A DNA stretch of 64,000 bases from Utricularia gibba (taxonomy: Eukaryota; Plantae; Magnoliophyta): assembly GCA_002189035.1 (NCBI GenBank), contig CM007989.1, positions 248,001 to 312,000 on the forward strand. The letters are read 5' to 3'. The stretch's first letter is position 1. Each line of letters begins with the position of its first letter. This document shows, in pieces, positions 12,401 to 24,240 of the stretch. The notes beneath the pieces were generated by a model, which was not told the DNA's origin, ran no database searches, and worked only from the letters and a program-made list of their open reading frames with translations. The position numbers and the translations under genes were made by a program.

Positions 12401-13882
12401 AATGCCAATGGAGACCAACCAATAGTTGATGCAGCGCGTCTTCGGGCGTAGCCGAGGAACCAGTCCTTGCTCTTGAAGGAGTGAACAGGCCCAGGAATGC
12501 TGTATTTGTTGATGGAGGGAGACGTGATGGACGGAGAGTCCTGTTGGAGGAGTCTTTGGAAAGTATGAATAGTCGTGATATTGGCATTGCAGCGTTTCAG
12601 GTGTCAGGAAATGGTCAACCAACCGATTCCGAGTTAGCACCAACAACACAAATAGCGTGTAATTACTTTGGATTTTTGTATATCATGGCCTCACACTATC
12701 ACCTCTTCCTTTTCAGGAAAGTATCATTTGCATGGCGCATTGTGCTGTTGCTGTTGATGGCATGGGCAACTCTCCTTGTATTCAACTCTGCAATGATAAT
12801 TGTGCCAATATTGCTTGGGCGCTCTTTATTCAATTGTCTTCCAGTGCTTCCAATATTCCATGGTGTCAAGTGTAATGGTATGATACTTCTAATCCGTTTT
12901 AGCTGAAAATTACTGGATATCAAAGTGCCGATTGTTTCTGTCATATCATACAGACGTATATGCTTTTGTCATTGGAAGTTATGTCATTTGGAGTGCTACG
13001 GCTGGGGTCAGATACTCTTTGGAACTCATCCAAACAAGGAGAACCAGAGTGCTCCTCATGCAGATGTGGAGATGGTGTGGAATTATCCTGAAAAGCTCTG
13101 CGCTTCTTTCAGTCGCGGTAAGGAAATTCCTTCTGGATACATCATGGGTAACCATGCGGGTGGTTGGGATCACTTCGTGAAAGCATGATTTTAATTAGAT
13201 GAAACAAAGCAAAACGTGCCTACAAGTTTGCTTTTGTTGCTATTTTGTTTCAGATAATCATCATACCGGTGTTAATTGGACTGCTATTTGAACTTCTTGT
13301 CATCATTCCCATGCGAGTCCCGGTAGATGAGAGTCCAGTTTTCCTTCTGTACCAGGATTGGGCACTTGGGATAATATTTTTGAAATTTTGGACCAGATTG
13401 GTAAGCTAATCTCATACCGTATCTCCATGTTCTCCACATGTTGGTATCTGGATACCCCTATCTTTTCTTTCCCTGTTGTGTGATGGTTTTGATCTGTATA
13501 GGTCATGCTTGACCAGATGATGCCACTGGTAGATGGGAGCTGGCGCATGAGACTTGAACGCGTCAGGGAAGATGGGTTTTCAAGGTTGCAAGCTCTGTGG
13601 GTTCTGCGTGAAATCCTCTCTCCGATCATCATGAATCTGCTGACGGCCCTTTGCGTCCCGTACGTGCTATCAAGAGGCCTCTTTCCCATACTGGGGTACC
13701 CGCTTATAGTGAACTCAGCTGTGTATCGCTACGCATGGCTGGGATGCCTGGTTTTCAGCGCGCTCTACTACTCTGCCGAGCGTTTCTACATCTGGGTCAC
13801 AAACCTCCACAACTCTATACGCGACGACCGGTACTTGATCGGCCGTCGACTCCACAACTTTGGGGAGAATTTGGTTGGATAG
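9460..13882 (+). CDS. SUD1: RING-CH (RINGv) ER-membrane E3 ubiquitin ligase SUD1/CER9 (MARCH6/Doa10-type); 9 exons (~9460-9822, 10125-10820, 11058-11824, 11902-12113, 12208-12632, 12717-12877, 12954-13117, 13254-13400, 13502-13882); apparent -1 frameshifts at 11114-11115 and 12444-12446
   Basis: RINGv [40 protein letters not shown]..CEVCK; then EDVPFDELVGMQGPVFHLVENAFT, VLYFLRDPADPNYNPFRDLI, VPMRVPVDESPVFLLYQDWALG-like, NLHNSIRDDRYLIGRRLHNFGE. Start may be 9460 or 9550; C-terminus may extend to 13962. Confidence 0.92.
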
Positions 13883-14967
13883 GGGCACCGGCCCGGCTCC
13901 GCTTCCGGTGGCGGAGTTTGTTCTGGGGTGAGGGCATGCACCTTCAACCGTCGCCCATGTGAATATCAAATCAGATGGAACATGACTCGGTGTAGACTGC
14001 ACAGTCGCCTTGTACAGATAGCGCTCTCCTACAGGTCTCCTTAGGCACATTGTGCCCCTTCTTTAATTTCGCCGCAGTTTTTTAGCTTCTTTTTTGGTTT
14101 ATGTGGAATGCAAATTCAACTCGTAGTTTCCATAGTATGAGTTGCAGAAAGTGTTATAATCAAAATAAATAACAAGCACAATTAGCCGCAGGGTCCGGTC
14201 CAGGTATTAGTCGAACCATGACCACGGGTCACTGCCCGGAGAATCCGGGGCAGTCCAAATCTAAGTTGGGCCTATCTCTTTATAGTGTGAGGGGAGCGGA
14301 GGTTCTGTCAGCGACACTGCAGTTCACTCTCCGAAACTCTGCAATTGGGTTCGAGATTTGAATTTTTACTTCATTGTAAGTTGGGGGATTCTTTCCAGTG
14401 GCTGTTGTCAGGTATTTGATCACTCTATTTAATCGTCTGTAGATAAAAAATAAAAAAAAAGAAAGGGTTTTGAGGTGTATGTAGTATGGAGAATTTTCTA
14501 CTGAGAAAATAATCGTCTTTCGAGCACAATGCCTAGCTTTTTTTTTTCGCGGGATCCGCTGGTTTTGGATGATCGGTGTCGAAATTAGGCATTGGGTAGT
14601 CTTGAAAGACAATTCCAATTGCGATTAGATTTGAGGTGTTTTTGGTGAACTTGAAATCTGGTTTTTTTTTTCTTAGTTATTGTACACTAGATTTGTGTAT
14701 AGTAGAGAGCTCAAAGAATTGAGTTTAAAATCTCGCTCAATGTGTTTGTTGATAAGCCTTAGTTATTTTTCAAAATGGTTTGAGTTCTGTTACCGCATAA
14801 CCTTCCTACTTACTGTCAATTAATTTTAACCCTTTGTTAACGTTTGGAGAAACGATTTTGGGTTTACTTGCATGAAAATATGCTGTTTTCGTCATGTTTG
14901 TTACGGAAAATGGCATGGTGTGTATGGCACTCAGAGATGTCCATTTAAAGCAGAGAACTGCGGAGAC

Positions 14968-16604
14968 ATGGCCAGCAAATTGCAGATTCAAGGAGATGAA
15001 TCCGTTCTGTTGCGAGTCACTCACTCAAATATCAAGAGCTTTTCAGCTGATATTCGGTTCTCCTTGCGAGTGAGTAGAAATTTCCAGTTTCAAGATGGGT
15101 GATCTTGTCCAATGTCTTGCATGTCTGTGACATTGTTCAATGTACTATCCTACAGTTAACACTAGAAGCAGTAAAAGAGAAATTATGGAAAAAGAGTGGT
15201 ACTTCAGTTGAGTCTATGAGCCTCCAACTTTATGACGATTTTGGAACTAAACTTGCTGATCTTTCTGATAGTTCCGTACAACTCGGGTTCTACTCACCCC
15301 AAGATGGGTTCGTTTTCTTCTGCTCATATTTATATTTAACTATGAGCTCAGAATGTTTTCTGTAGATCATTTTCAATCTGCAAACATCATGAATTAAGCT
15401 GAGGATGTTATGCTTTCTATGCTTCTTCCACACATCATAATTGACTTAGCTGTTTATTTCGAGTTGGCAGTTTCGATTATTCTACCTGCTTATGTTCACA
15501 GCTATCGGCTCCACATTGTGGATCTTGATCCATCGTCTGTGACATCTGGTGGTTGGCTGGAAGATACATCCCTTGTGGAGAAATACAAAATCTCTGATGA
15601 AGCATATGACAAACTTGATGGTAAGGATGCAGCAATTCCGTCAGAGGCTCGTTGCATTGTTTCATCCTATTTCCTTGTTTTCGAGCTATTGTCTGCTTTT
15701 TTGAAACAGGCTTTCCAGATTACTTACTAGATTATTAGCTTTTCAGGAACATTCAAGAAGTTTAAGGAAAAAATGGTGCATCAACGCACAAATACTCAGG
15801 CTAAGGTATGCGTCCTTGCAGTTTCCGGAGAGTTCATTCCTATTGTCAGATGGAAAAACAATGCATAGTTTAGAACTGTTTTTAAATGTGGATTACCTTG
15901 TGTTGCCTAGGTTCCGGACAACTACATGGAAGATCTGTGTGCCAACATAAAGGTATGCTGTACTACTAAAACTCCCTGATTCGTTGAATAGTGCTAGAGC
16001 TTCAGTAATCCTGTCCAACCATGCCAAAATTCTACTCTTGTTTGAATCTGTCACGGATAAAGGTCGGAGATCGATGCCAAGTGGAGCCAGGAGAAAGAAG
16101 AGGAACAGTCAAGTTTGTTGGAAAGGCGGAGTCTCTGTCGCCTGGTTTTTGGGTTGGAATTCAATATGATGAGCCCGTAGGCAAACATGATGGCATGTAT
16201 GTGACGAAGTGCTTACCACTCCCCCACCACCTTATCATTCCCCTAACCTGTAACCACATTTCATCTTTGCAGGGTAAAAGGGCAGCGTTATTTCGAGTGC
16301 CCCCCACTCTGCGGGGGAATGGCGAGACTTGATAAAGTCCAGGTATGTTCTCTCCCGTGCTTTAATAACCTCTTCCATAGAGAACAAGGACGTGACATGT
16401 TCTGTTCCAATCAGTTCTACTCCTGCCATCTTAAAGCACTCCCCAACCCAATCAAGTTCAACCCCTGCCATCTTTAAGCTCTTTAAATTATGGTTTTGTT
16501 TGCACTAGCGGTGATCAAACAGGGTCCTGATGCTTCCTACTTGATCACCCTTTCAGGTTGGCGACTTCCCAGAACGAGATCCATTCGAGGAAGACGAAAT
16601 ATGA
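14968..16604 (+). CDS. TFCB: Tubulin-folding cofactor B (UBL + CAP-Gly domains), 8 coding exons
   Basis: [21 protein letters not shown]; [37 protein letters not shown]; CAP-Gly [20 protein letters not shown]...[28 protein letters not shown]; ends [19 protein letters not shown] junctions in frame. Confidence 0.95.
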
Positions 16605-17476
16605 CCGGGAAGCCAAAGGAAATTCCGAAGAAAGATCTGTGTCACCGCGTCGCTGTTTTAGAGAATGAACTTCTGTGTGACTAAGACTTTTAGGCCGTGG
16701 AATAGTTGCAGGGGTCTCTTTCATCGAATTTGTATTTACCGATTGATCATTGCACAAGAACACGCAAGGTAAGCCTTCGCTTCCATGTTGGGCTCGCCTC
16801 GTCCGTACTGTGGCACTTCCAAATCCTTATCCTTATCCCGCCTCCGCCACTCGTCGGAGCCGTACGGGAGAACCTCCACAAATAGTTTGCAACCTACCAC
16901 AGTTTGGCGAGAACTTTTCTTCTGGAATGTTATTATTAATAATTAAATGAGTGCTAACGATAAATAATTTTCTGAAAATATTTTTAATAAAATATTTCTT
17001 GAAAATAATAATTGATTCTAAAATAAAGATACGAAAATACTGGAGAGATAAATTTAAGTTGTGTGAGCCTGAGAATATGCAATAGAAGAAGTAATCCGAG
17101 GGATGGGCGTTTAAAGGCAAGCGGGTGATGATGTGAAATTTATGTACGGCTGGGGCTGGGTTTGGCATTTTGTCAGAGTTCTCCAAGACACGTGCCTGCC
17201 TCGAATTACATGTGAATTTGGGTTCGGACTGTATGATTTAACGTGTATTTATTACTATTTTATTTAAAAAAACAGTTTATTCATCCATTTGATACTTGGA
17301 CTACAGTTACCGTTATTTATCTTGATTCTGGAGCCTCAATCATGCATAGAGATTTTTCTTTAATTTAAGAAAATGATGATTAACCTTCCTCGTGTGAGGG
17401 GGGAGGTAGGCATGGAGAGGAAACATGTGCTTGTCCGGTCGAGACAACTAGTCAACCGTTCACCCTGCTTTCTAAC

Positions 17477-17483
17477 TATAAAT
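17477..17483 (+). promoter_or_regulatory. TATA box of UGT84A gene
   Basis: cTATAAAT about 70 nt upstream of ATG 17549. Confidence 0.6.
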
Positions 17484-17548
17484 CCGAATGCTCAGACTCC
17501 GACTCGCTACCATGATTGCCTGTGTTATTAGAGTGCAGACTACAGACT

Positions 17549-19054
17549 ATGGCAGCTGTTTACGGGGAGGGTAGTCCGGTTCCCATGACGCCGGAAGTGC
17601 TCAACGGCGTTCATGTCTTCATGGTGACGTTCCCCGGCCAGGGCCACGTCAACCCTCTACTCCGATTGGGCAACCGTCTCGCGGAGTGCGGACTCTTTAT
17701 CACGTTCTGCGCGCCGGAGATGGCTGGAGAAAGTATCCGGCGAGCAAACGGGATCTCTGGCGACGAGGCGGTTCCGTTGGGGAAGGGGATGATAAGATTC
17801 GAGTTCTTTGAAGATGGGTGGAAAGGGAGTGACGTGAATGACTACATGGCGCATCTGTCTGACGTAGGAAGAAAGAAGTTGCCGGAAATGGTACGGAAAC
17901 AGGCGGAGCTCGGGCGCCCGGTTTCTGCTCTGGTCAACAATCCGTTCATCCCCTGGGTTTGCGACGTGGCAGAGGAAATGGGGATTCCGAGTGCTGTGCT
18001 GTGGGTTCAATCATGTGCTAGTTTCTCTTCTTATTACCATTATTACAATAAAACTGTTGCCTTCCCTAGCGAAGAAGAACCGGAAATTGACGTCCAGTTG
18101 CCGTTTATGCCGTTGCTGAAGCACGATGAGGTTCCCAATTTCTTGAGACCGGGGACTCCGTATCCCTTTCTGAGTAGAGCGATTTTGGGTCAGTTCCAGA
18201 ATCTCTCGAAATCAATGTGTATTTTGATGGATACCTTTGAAGAATTGGAGCGGGAGAACATCGACTACATGTCCAAGATCTTCCGTCCGATTAAAGCCAT
18301 CGGCCCATTGTTCAAGCCGCTGGTGCGGCGGACCGCGGTAGAGAAAGAGAACGTGACTGCTGATTCTAAGCAGATCGGAATCAGGGCTGATTTCTACACG
18401 CCCGAGAATTGCATCGGATGGTTGGAAACGAAGGCGAGTAAATCCGTAGTTTACGCTTCGTTTGGGAGTGTGGTGCATCTGAAGCAGGAGCAGATCAACG
18501 AAATCGCGTACGGTTTACTGGAATCGGAGCTTCCTTTTCTATGGGTAATGACGCCGCCGATGGAAGCGTTGAAGGTGGAGGCGCACGTTTTACCGGAGGG
18601 TTTCCTGGAGAAGGCCGGTGACCGTGGGAGAATCGTACGGTGGGCGCCGCAAGAGGAAGTTTTGTCCCATTTCTCCGTCGGCTGTTTCCTCAGTCACTGC
18701 GGCTGGAACTCCACCATGGAAACTCTCGCCAACGGCGTTCCCGTGGCGGCGTTCCCCTTCTGGGGCGATCAAGTGACAGACGCCAAGTACTTGGTAGACG
18801 TTTTCAAGGTCGGAGTGAGAATCAGCCGAGGAGAAGCGGAGGATAGAATCATTCCCCGAGAAGAGATCGCCCGGTGCCTGAGGTCAATCATTCTAGGTCC
18901 CGACGCGGCGGAGCTACGAGAGAACGCCGCGAAGTGGAAGAAGGCGGCGGCAGACGCGGTTGAAGAAGGTGGCTCGTCGTACAGAAAAATGGAAGAGTTC
19001 GTGGAAGAGATCGTGGCCATGGGCGGAAATCTGCGGGGAAAATCCGACCGTTGA
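17549..19054 (+). CDS. UGT84A: UDP-glycosyltransferase, UGT84A family (glucose-ester forming: hydroxycinnamate/gallate 1-O-glucosyltransferase type), intronless
   Basis: HVFMVTFPGQGHVNPLLRLG, LVNNPFIPWVCDVAEEMGIPSAVLWVQSCA, PSPG box WAPQEEVLSHFSVGCFLSHCGWNSTMETLANGVPVAAFPFWGDQ, TDAKYLVDVFKVGVR, AVEEGGSS. Single ORF. Confidence 0.92.
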   Translation: MAAVYGEGSPVPMTPEVLNGVHVFMVTFPGQGHVNPLLRLGNRLAECGLFITFCAPEMAGESIRRANGISGDEAVPLGKGMIRFEFFEDGWKGSDVNDYMAHLSDVGRKKLPEMVRKQAELGRPVSALVNNPFIPWVCDVAEEMGIPSAVLWVQSCASFSSYYHYYNKTVAFPSEEEPEIDVQLPFMPLLKHDEVPNFLRPGTPYPFLSRAILGQFQNLSKSMCILMDTFEELERENIDYMSKIFRPIKAIGPLFKPLVRRTAVEKENVTADSKQIGIRADFYTPENCIGWLETKASKSVVYASFGSVVHLKQEQINEIAYGLLESELPFLWVMTPPMEALKVEAHVLPEGFLEKAGDRGRIVRWAPQEEVLSHFSVGCFLSHCGWNSTMETLANGVPVAAFPFWGDQVTDAKYLVDVFKVGVRISRGEAEDRIIPREEIARCLRSIILGPDAAELRENAAKWKKAAADAVEEGGSSYRKMEEFVEEIVAMGGNLRGKSDR

Positions 19055-19356
19055 AATGAATTTCACCTTTTCTTTTTCTTGTGCTTCCACGTTTTACTTT
19101 TGCTCAATGAAGACTCTACAAAAAGCAATATTCATGCACATATCAAACCTCCACATTAAAGACCATGTATTTAAATCATATATATATAAATAAATATGTA
19201 TTTAGAATAAATTAAAATAAAACAATTAAATTTTTATGCAGTTCTAAACCCTAAATATAATTCTTAGTGTATTAGAAGACCTAAGTAAAACTACCAAATC
19301 AACTTAATGAGAGAGGGTCATATACGTCATATTAGAAGTGATCATCACCAAAGGAG

Positions 19357-21465
19357 TCAGAAGGTGCTTGATGATGATTCCAGGGAGGAGAAGAAGGCGA
19401 GCATACTTTCATAAACATCTTGGCGTGAGCTTGTGCTGAGGATGAAGTCTATATGCCCGTAGTTCTCCAGATACAGTAACTGGGGCTTTGAGATGAGATC
19501 CCGGAGCGAGTGACGCACGTCCCAGACATCCGCCAGCGCATCGTTGCCGCCGTAGCCCATCCACATGGGGAGCGAGCTGGGGATGGAGCTGATGTTGAAC
19601 TGTGGTGGTGTCCTTTGCCCGTACCGCACCAAATTCCTCCAAGTTCCGTAGTCGTACATCTCGAATGAGGCCTTGCGGATCACTGGGAAACACACAGTCA
19701 TCAACAAGATTGAGGACAAGTATGCTGCCTGCAATGGAGGAAGAGCGGGGAAGGTACTCTGGAAGAGATGGTTCAAGTTTTTGGAAGATGTTGGATGAGG
19801 CTCGAACTCCAGATAGGTGTCGATTCGGGAGCTGTTGAAGCAGCAGTTCTTTCCTGTGATTCAAGACAATGGATTGCGCAAGTTTTAAAGCTTGAAAACC
19901 CATGCAGAGGAGGAAGAAAGCATGAGAGATAAGATTGCCTGTTATGGATGAAAGCATGTCCTCACAATCTAGATGACCCTTGCACATCATATCCATGATC
20001 TTGGTGCCGATTTCACTAAAAATCACCAGATAACAAAGTCATTTCAAGGGGCTAGTGCTCATATACAACAAGAGAGAACCTTAGTACCTTTTGAAGTTGA
20101 GCTCATGGATGCCCATTGCCAGGATCACCTATCAAAAATATGAACTCCAACAGAAGGGCCAGAAGAAGGGGAATCTGTTACTTTCAGATACTGCACAAAC
20201 CTCATCTATTCGCATGTGAACTAGCCTAAGGACAAACGGTGAAGTTATATGATCCAAGTATGAGATAGGGCAAAGAAGTGCAGCAGCTTCAACCATAGCA
20301 GCTATATTGGGTTGAGTCAACGCAGCCAACGAAATGATCGTACCCTATGATGGCATATACAGTAAGGCATGTTGTGTGCGTGAAAAGAGCATGCGCTTTT
20401 CAGAGTAACAAGGAAAACCTGGGAATGTCCAATGAGAAGGATCTTTGAGCCTGTTTCGGAGTATATGTACTGCAACATTCCTGCTAGATCGTACAGAGCC
20501 ATCTCCTGCCAGCTCCAATCCCAGAATTTCTAAAACATGTAGAATAATATTATAGAAGCAAGCCTACGATACAAAAATGGAAGGCAAACTTAAAACTTTC
20601 TTGCATTCAAAAAATTAATGGAAACATAGATAAACTGATGAGAAGTATAGTCACTTTATCTTTGGCTTTCAGTGAAACATGACCATGACTCCAACTCGTT
20701 GCGCGGACATTGCCCACCCAAACATCATAGCCACGGTTGGCAAGGATGGAACCTAGTGACTCATCTTGGGAGTTCATGAACCAGCAATCACCTCCCTGAT
20801 ATGAAAGGAGTCCAAATTTGAAAAAAAAAAACCAAGTAAATAAAACATTACTAATCACTCGCCAATACAACAATAAGCATCACCATTTGCAGGATATGAT
20901 CATCGACACTAAAAATCTATAGCTACACAGCATGGTGGTTACTTGCTTGGGCAGCTGTTACGCAAAATTTAGATGATTCTCTTGTGATGTATGTGAAAAC
21001 CAACCACCACAACATAATGAAATCAATTAACCAAACAAATGAACCAACTTCAGTTTGAGACAGTACTCACCATAAACAGCCCATGAATTAGCAATGCCGG
21101 AGGGCCTTTCCCAATCAGAGCTGCAGAAGGAGCTGAAACTCGTTGAATTCCTAACACGAACCCATCTTGAGTTTGAACCTACAAACTTTTAGAAAGACAT
21201 ATAACCACCAATCCATTTTGAAAAAACCAGTGATCAGCAAGCTAAATATAAACGGATGGGCTTTCACGGGGATCAAGTAAGTTGAAAGAGAAATTACGGT
21301 GTGTTCTGAGCAAGAGAATCCAGAGGGGTCAACGACACTAGTACACAAACCGCCCGTCGGCGATTCTCGTCGTAAATTGAACTCGGAAGTGACGATGGCT
21401 GAATTCGCAGGACCCAGCAACAGAGCGATGAAAAAGATGGTTGACACGATGGCCGAGTACTCCAT
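19357..21465 (-). CDS. LIP1: Triacylglycerol lipase 1-like (acid lipase family, alpha/beta hydrolase) with signal peptide; 9 exons, one GC-AG intron (19854-19938)
   Basis: Hydrophobic N-terminus; CSEHTVQTQDGFVLGIQRVS, LLIHGLFM, GYDVWVGNVR, FWDWSWQEMALYDL, nucleophile GHSQG, SITGKNCCFNSSRID, ALADVWDV, YGHIDFILS. Confidence 0.92.
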
Positions 21466-21890
21466 CCCTTACCGGGGAAAAACCCGACTGACCTCGCCGC
21501 CGTCGGCGAACGCTAAACTTTTGGCCACTGGGAACACCATTTTCTACTGTCATATACGAGACCCACGTCATCAGTCTGACCTCAGAAATTCAATTGCGTG
21601 CACGTGTGTGGTAAAGGAATTTTTTGATAACTATCGACGAAAAAAACTCGCACCATGATCCCTCGATTTGGATCAAACATTTATCATGACAATTAACGCT
21701 TTTTATCATGACAAAATAAGTTCTAATAATCGACATCAAATTCTTCCTTTCGTCATGAGGGAATTATACAAATACTTCGAAGGGGTGCTGCCACGGTACA
21801 GAGGTTCTTAGCTTACATTTTGATGATACAAATCCTCTTCCTCAAAAACTCATTCGTTCTACATAATTACTAGACTACAAAGGGCACCCA

Positions 21891-23808
21891 TCACTCACCT
21901 GTTGCATTCAGTTCAAAATACTGCGCAGGGATGTCAGCAGGTGATCCCAATGATGCCACACACTTAAACTGTTACAGAACAGAAAAATATCATCAAATTA
22001 CAACCCCCTTCAACTGCACAACAGCGTGGAGCTTATTCAAAATATGATGTGTAGGGAATGACATCGAGTAGAAAGGATTTGATATAGCTCCCACGTGGGC
22101 AAATGAATCGATATACATGTAGTACCTGGTGATCCGAGTACTTTTGGTGAACTGCCTTTTGGGATGGCAAGCTTTTGTTTTTTAGCTGCAACTCGTGCAA
22201 TCTGCCGACGCATTCTATAAGATCATATGGGGCGTATCCGGTTTGCTGTTGTAAGACAAGAGGCTGCAAGCACAGTAATTAGTGCAAACAATATCAAGAA
22301 TGAATCACCATTTGGAAAAAAATCGAACTTTTCCAGTTTCGTTTCTTTTTCTCAGAATAAAGTTCTTACCCAGGGATGAACATCTGGGTGGGTAATGAAC
22401 CTTGCAAGAAACACAGCAGAAGCAGCAATCAACGAGGGAATGAAGCGTAGACAACCGTAGTCCAACAAACTTAACTCGGCAATGTAATAGCACAAGGAGT
22501 CATGTTTGATATTTGATTGATGCTGCATAAAATAACCATGTTACCGCCTTATATAAATTATAAGGAAACATGGATTTTCAAACAAGAACATCTGTTGCGT
22601 ACCGTTGGTGTCTCCTGCGAAACCTTAGTAAATATCCTGCAAGCTTGGAACGTGTCAAACCCACTGCCTAAAGTATAGATTCTAAAGAAACCTCAGAAAC
22701 CTAGATTCAATTGGCCCTTTTCCAAAGTGAATGCCCCCAAGAGAACGGCTTAGAAAGTAATCGGCTCTAACCTCACAAAAGTTTTAACAGTTGGATTCCC
22801 TAGTTCAAAGTTTAAGAAATTCAGCACATCCCTTTCCATATCAACCACCTGTATGAGACAACATACAATGCTTCAGCAAACATGTGACAGCTTTGCCATA
22901 GCGAACATATTCTATCTCGGATGAATCAGCAGGAAAAAAAAAAGGAAAGAAAGAACCTCCATAGGCACCACAACAAACCTCCTGTTTTGTGTATGTATTG
23001 TCTGTTATATAGCAGAAGTCTTCGATATGGGGCGGACTTATTTCTTCATACTTGCTGTAGTTCAAGAAACAATATGAGAAGCAGTATATAGAGCTGCAAT
23101 TGTAGAACAAATTAAATCAAGCAAAATGAAGGGCTTACGCTGCAATCCACATGGTGGTAACGCCAAGAAGCTGCAGCTTGTTTCTCACAAGTGCGTGGGA
23201 TGATAGGTATCTGTCGATATAGCTAACTGCAAGGTAAAGGGTGTCCGAAACAAGTTTGTACTCCTCTGCAACTTCTACTAACCAATCAATCAGAATAGCT
23301 CGCATTGTGGGGCTCAAGTCGAATTGAGTCCTCTCCATGTAATCGGATAGTGGTCGATATTTCGAATCAATCTAGTATACAATGAAAAAACGAACGACTC
23401 ATTTTTTTTTCGACCTAAACCTAATCCATAGCAACGAATGAAGAAGCGAATCTCGAATTGCAAAGCAGCTAAAAGCTACGGGGGGAGGGGGAGTTGGGAA
23501 TGAACCTCCAGAGAGTGAAGATATTGGAAAATCAGTGAAGCATAGCTGAATCTCTGCGGTTCGTCTCCTTCCCTGTTTAAAACAGTTGCCAAATTCTTTT
23601 GAACGCTAGAAATCTCCAACGCAGTCCCCGCGTTTAGTTTCTGAAATTTTCCAACATCTGATTTCTCTGCCGTCTTTGAGATGTTGGTAATGTCACCCAG
23701 AACAACCCGTTTCTTTGCAACCGGATCCGCTGCACCAGAAGTAGATGGGCTGTTGTATCTCCGATCCCTTCTTTTTCTCTTGAGAATCTGATTTCCCGCG
23801 TCGGCCAT
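21891..23808 (-). CDS. CYCA3: A3-type cyclin, 8 exons (last exon boundary uncertain)
   Basis: Destruction box KRVVLGDITN; cyclin box MRAILIDWLVEVAEEYKLVSDTLYLAVSYIDRYLS; KYEEISPPHIEDFCYITDNTYTKQEV; MERDVLNFLNFELGNPTVKTF; YYIAELSLLDYGCLRFIPSLIAASAVFLARF. Confidence 0.9.
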
Positions 23809-23918
23809 TAGAGCTCTCCACCGACGGAATTCTGAAAATTTTCGTTTCGCGTTACTTGGGAAACGACGACGCTTTTGGCAGATTGAAATGGGCTTTTAAG
23901 GAGTCAGGCGCGGCGAAA
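23792..23918. promoter_or_regulatory. E2F-type sites (TTTCCCGC at 23792-23799; TTTCGCCG on minus at 23911-23918) and a site II-like TGGGCT (23889-23894) at the CYCA3/PPR divergent promoter
   Basis: Both match the plant E2F consensus WTTSSCSS; A3 cyclins are G1/S genes. Function is inferred. Confidence 0.45.
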
Positions 23919-24240
23919 CACACATGTGTAGAAGCGGCAGACAATATTGGTTGTTGGTAAATTTGCGTTTGACTGAGGGGGGAACTGTGGGGGTCGGTGG
24001 CTTGGATCCCGCCATTGATACAATTCGAAAAGCTCGTTTACGCGCCTAGGTAAATGTAAGGTTTTCGAATCGTTTTGCAGGGCCAGGGGTATTATAGTCT
24101 TCTTAGATTTATTTAATTTTTCTTTTTCTAGTATTCTGTATTGGACGCACGCCTATACGCTTCGGTCTGGACTCAGGACTGCGGTTGATGGTATTTTTTT
24201 TTTCGAACGATGGTGAAGCGCGGCGGCAAAAGCAGCAGTG

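Noticed and set aside
14290-14370. GGTTCGAG near 14348 as a possible tRNA T-loop
   Set aside because: No cloverleaf, D-arm or acceptor stem can be formed; no tRNA, snRNA or rRNA found in the window.
19409-20026. 205-aa minus-strand ORF overlapping the lipase 3' half
   Set aside because: Patchwork of lipase exon 7, introns and off-frame exon sequence; explained by the spliced LIP1 model.
21880-21905. ACAG|GTGAGT near the CYCA3 stop as a possible extra intron and exon
   Set aside because: An in-frame TGA follows within two codons at the normal cyclin C-terminal position, and no clear downstream coding exon is visible; left unresolved.
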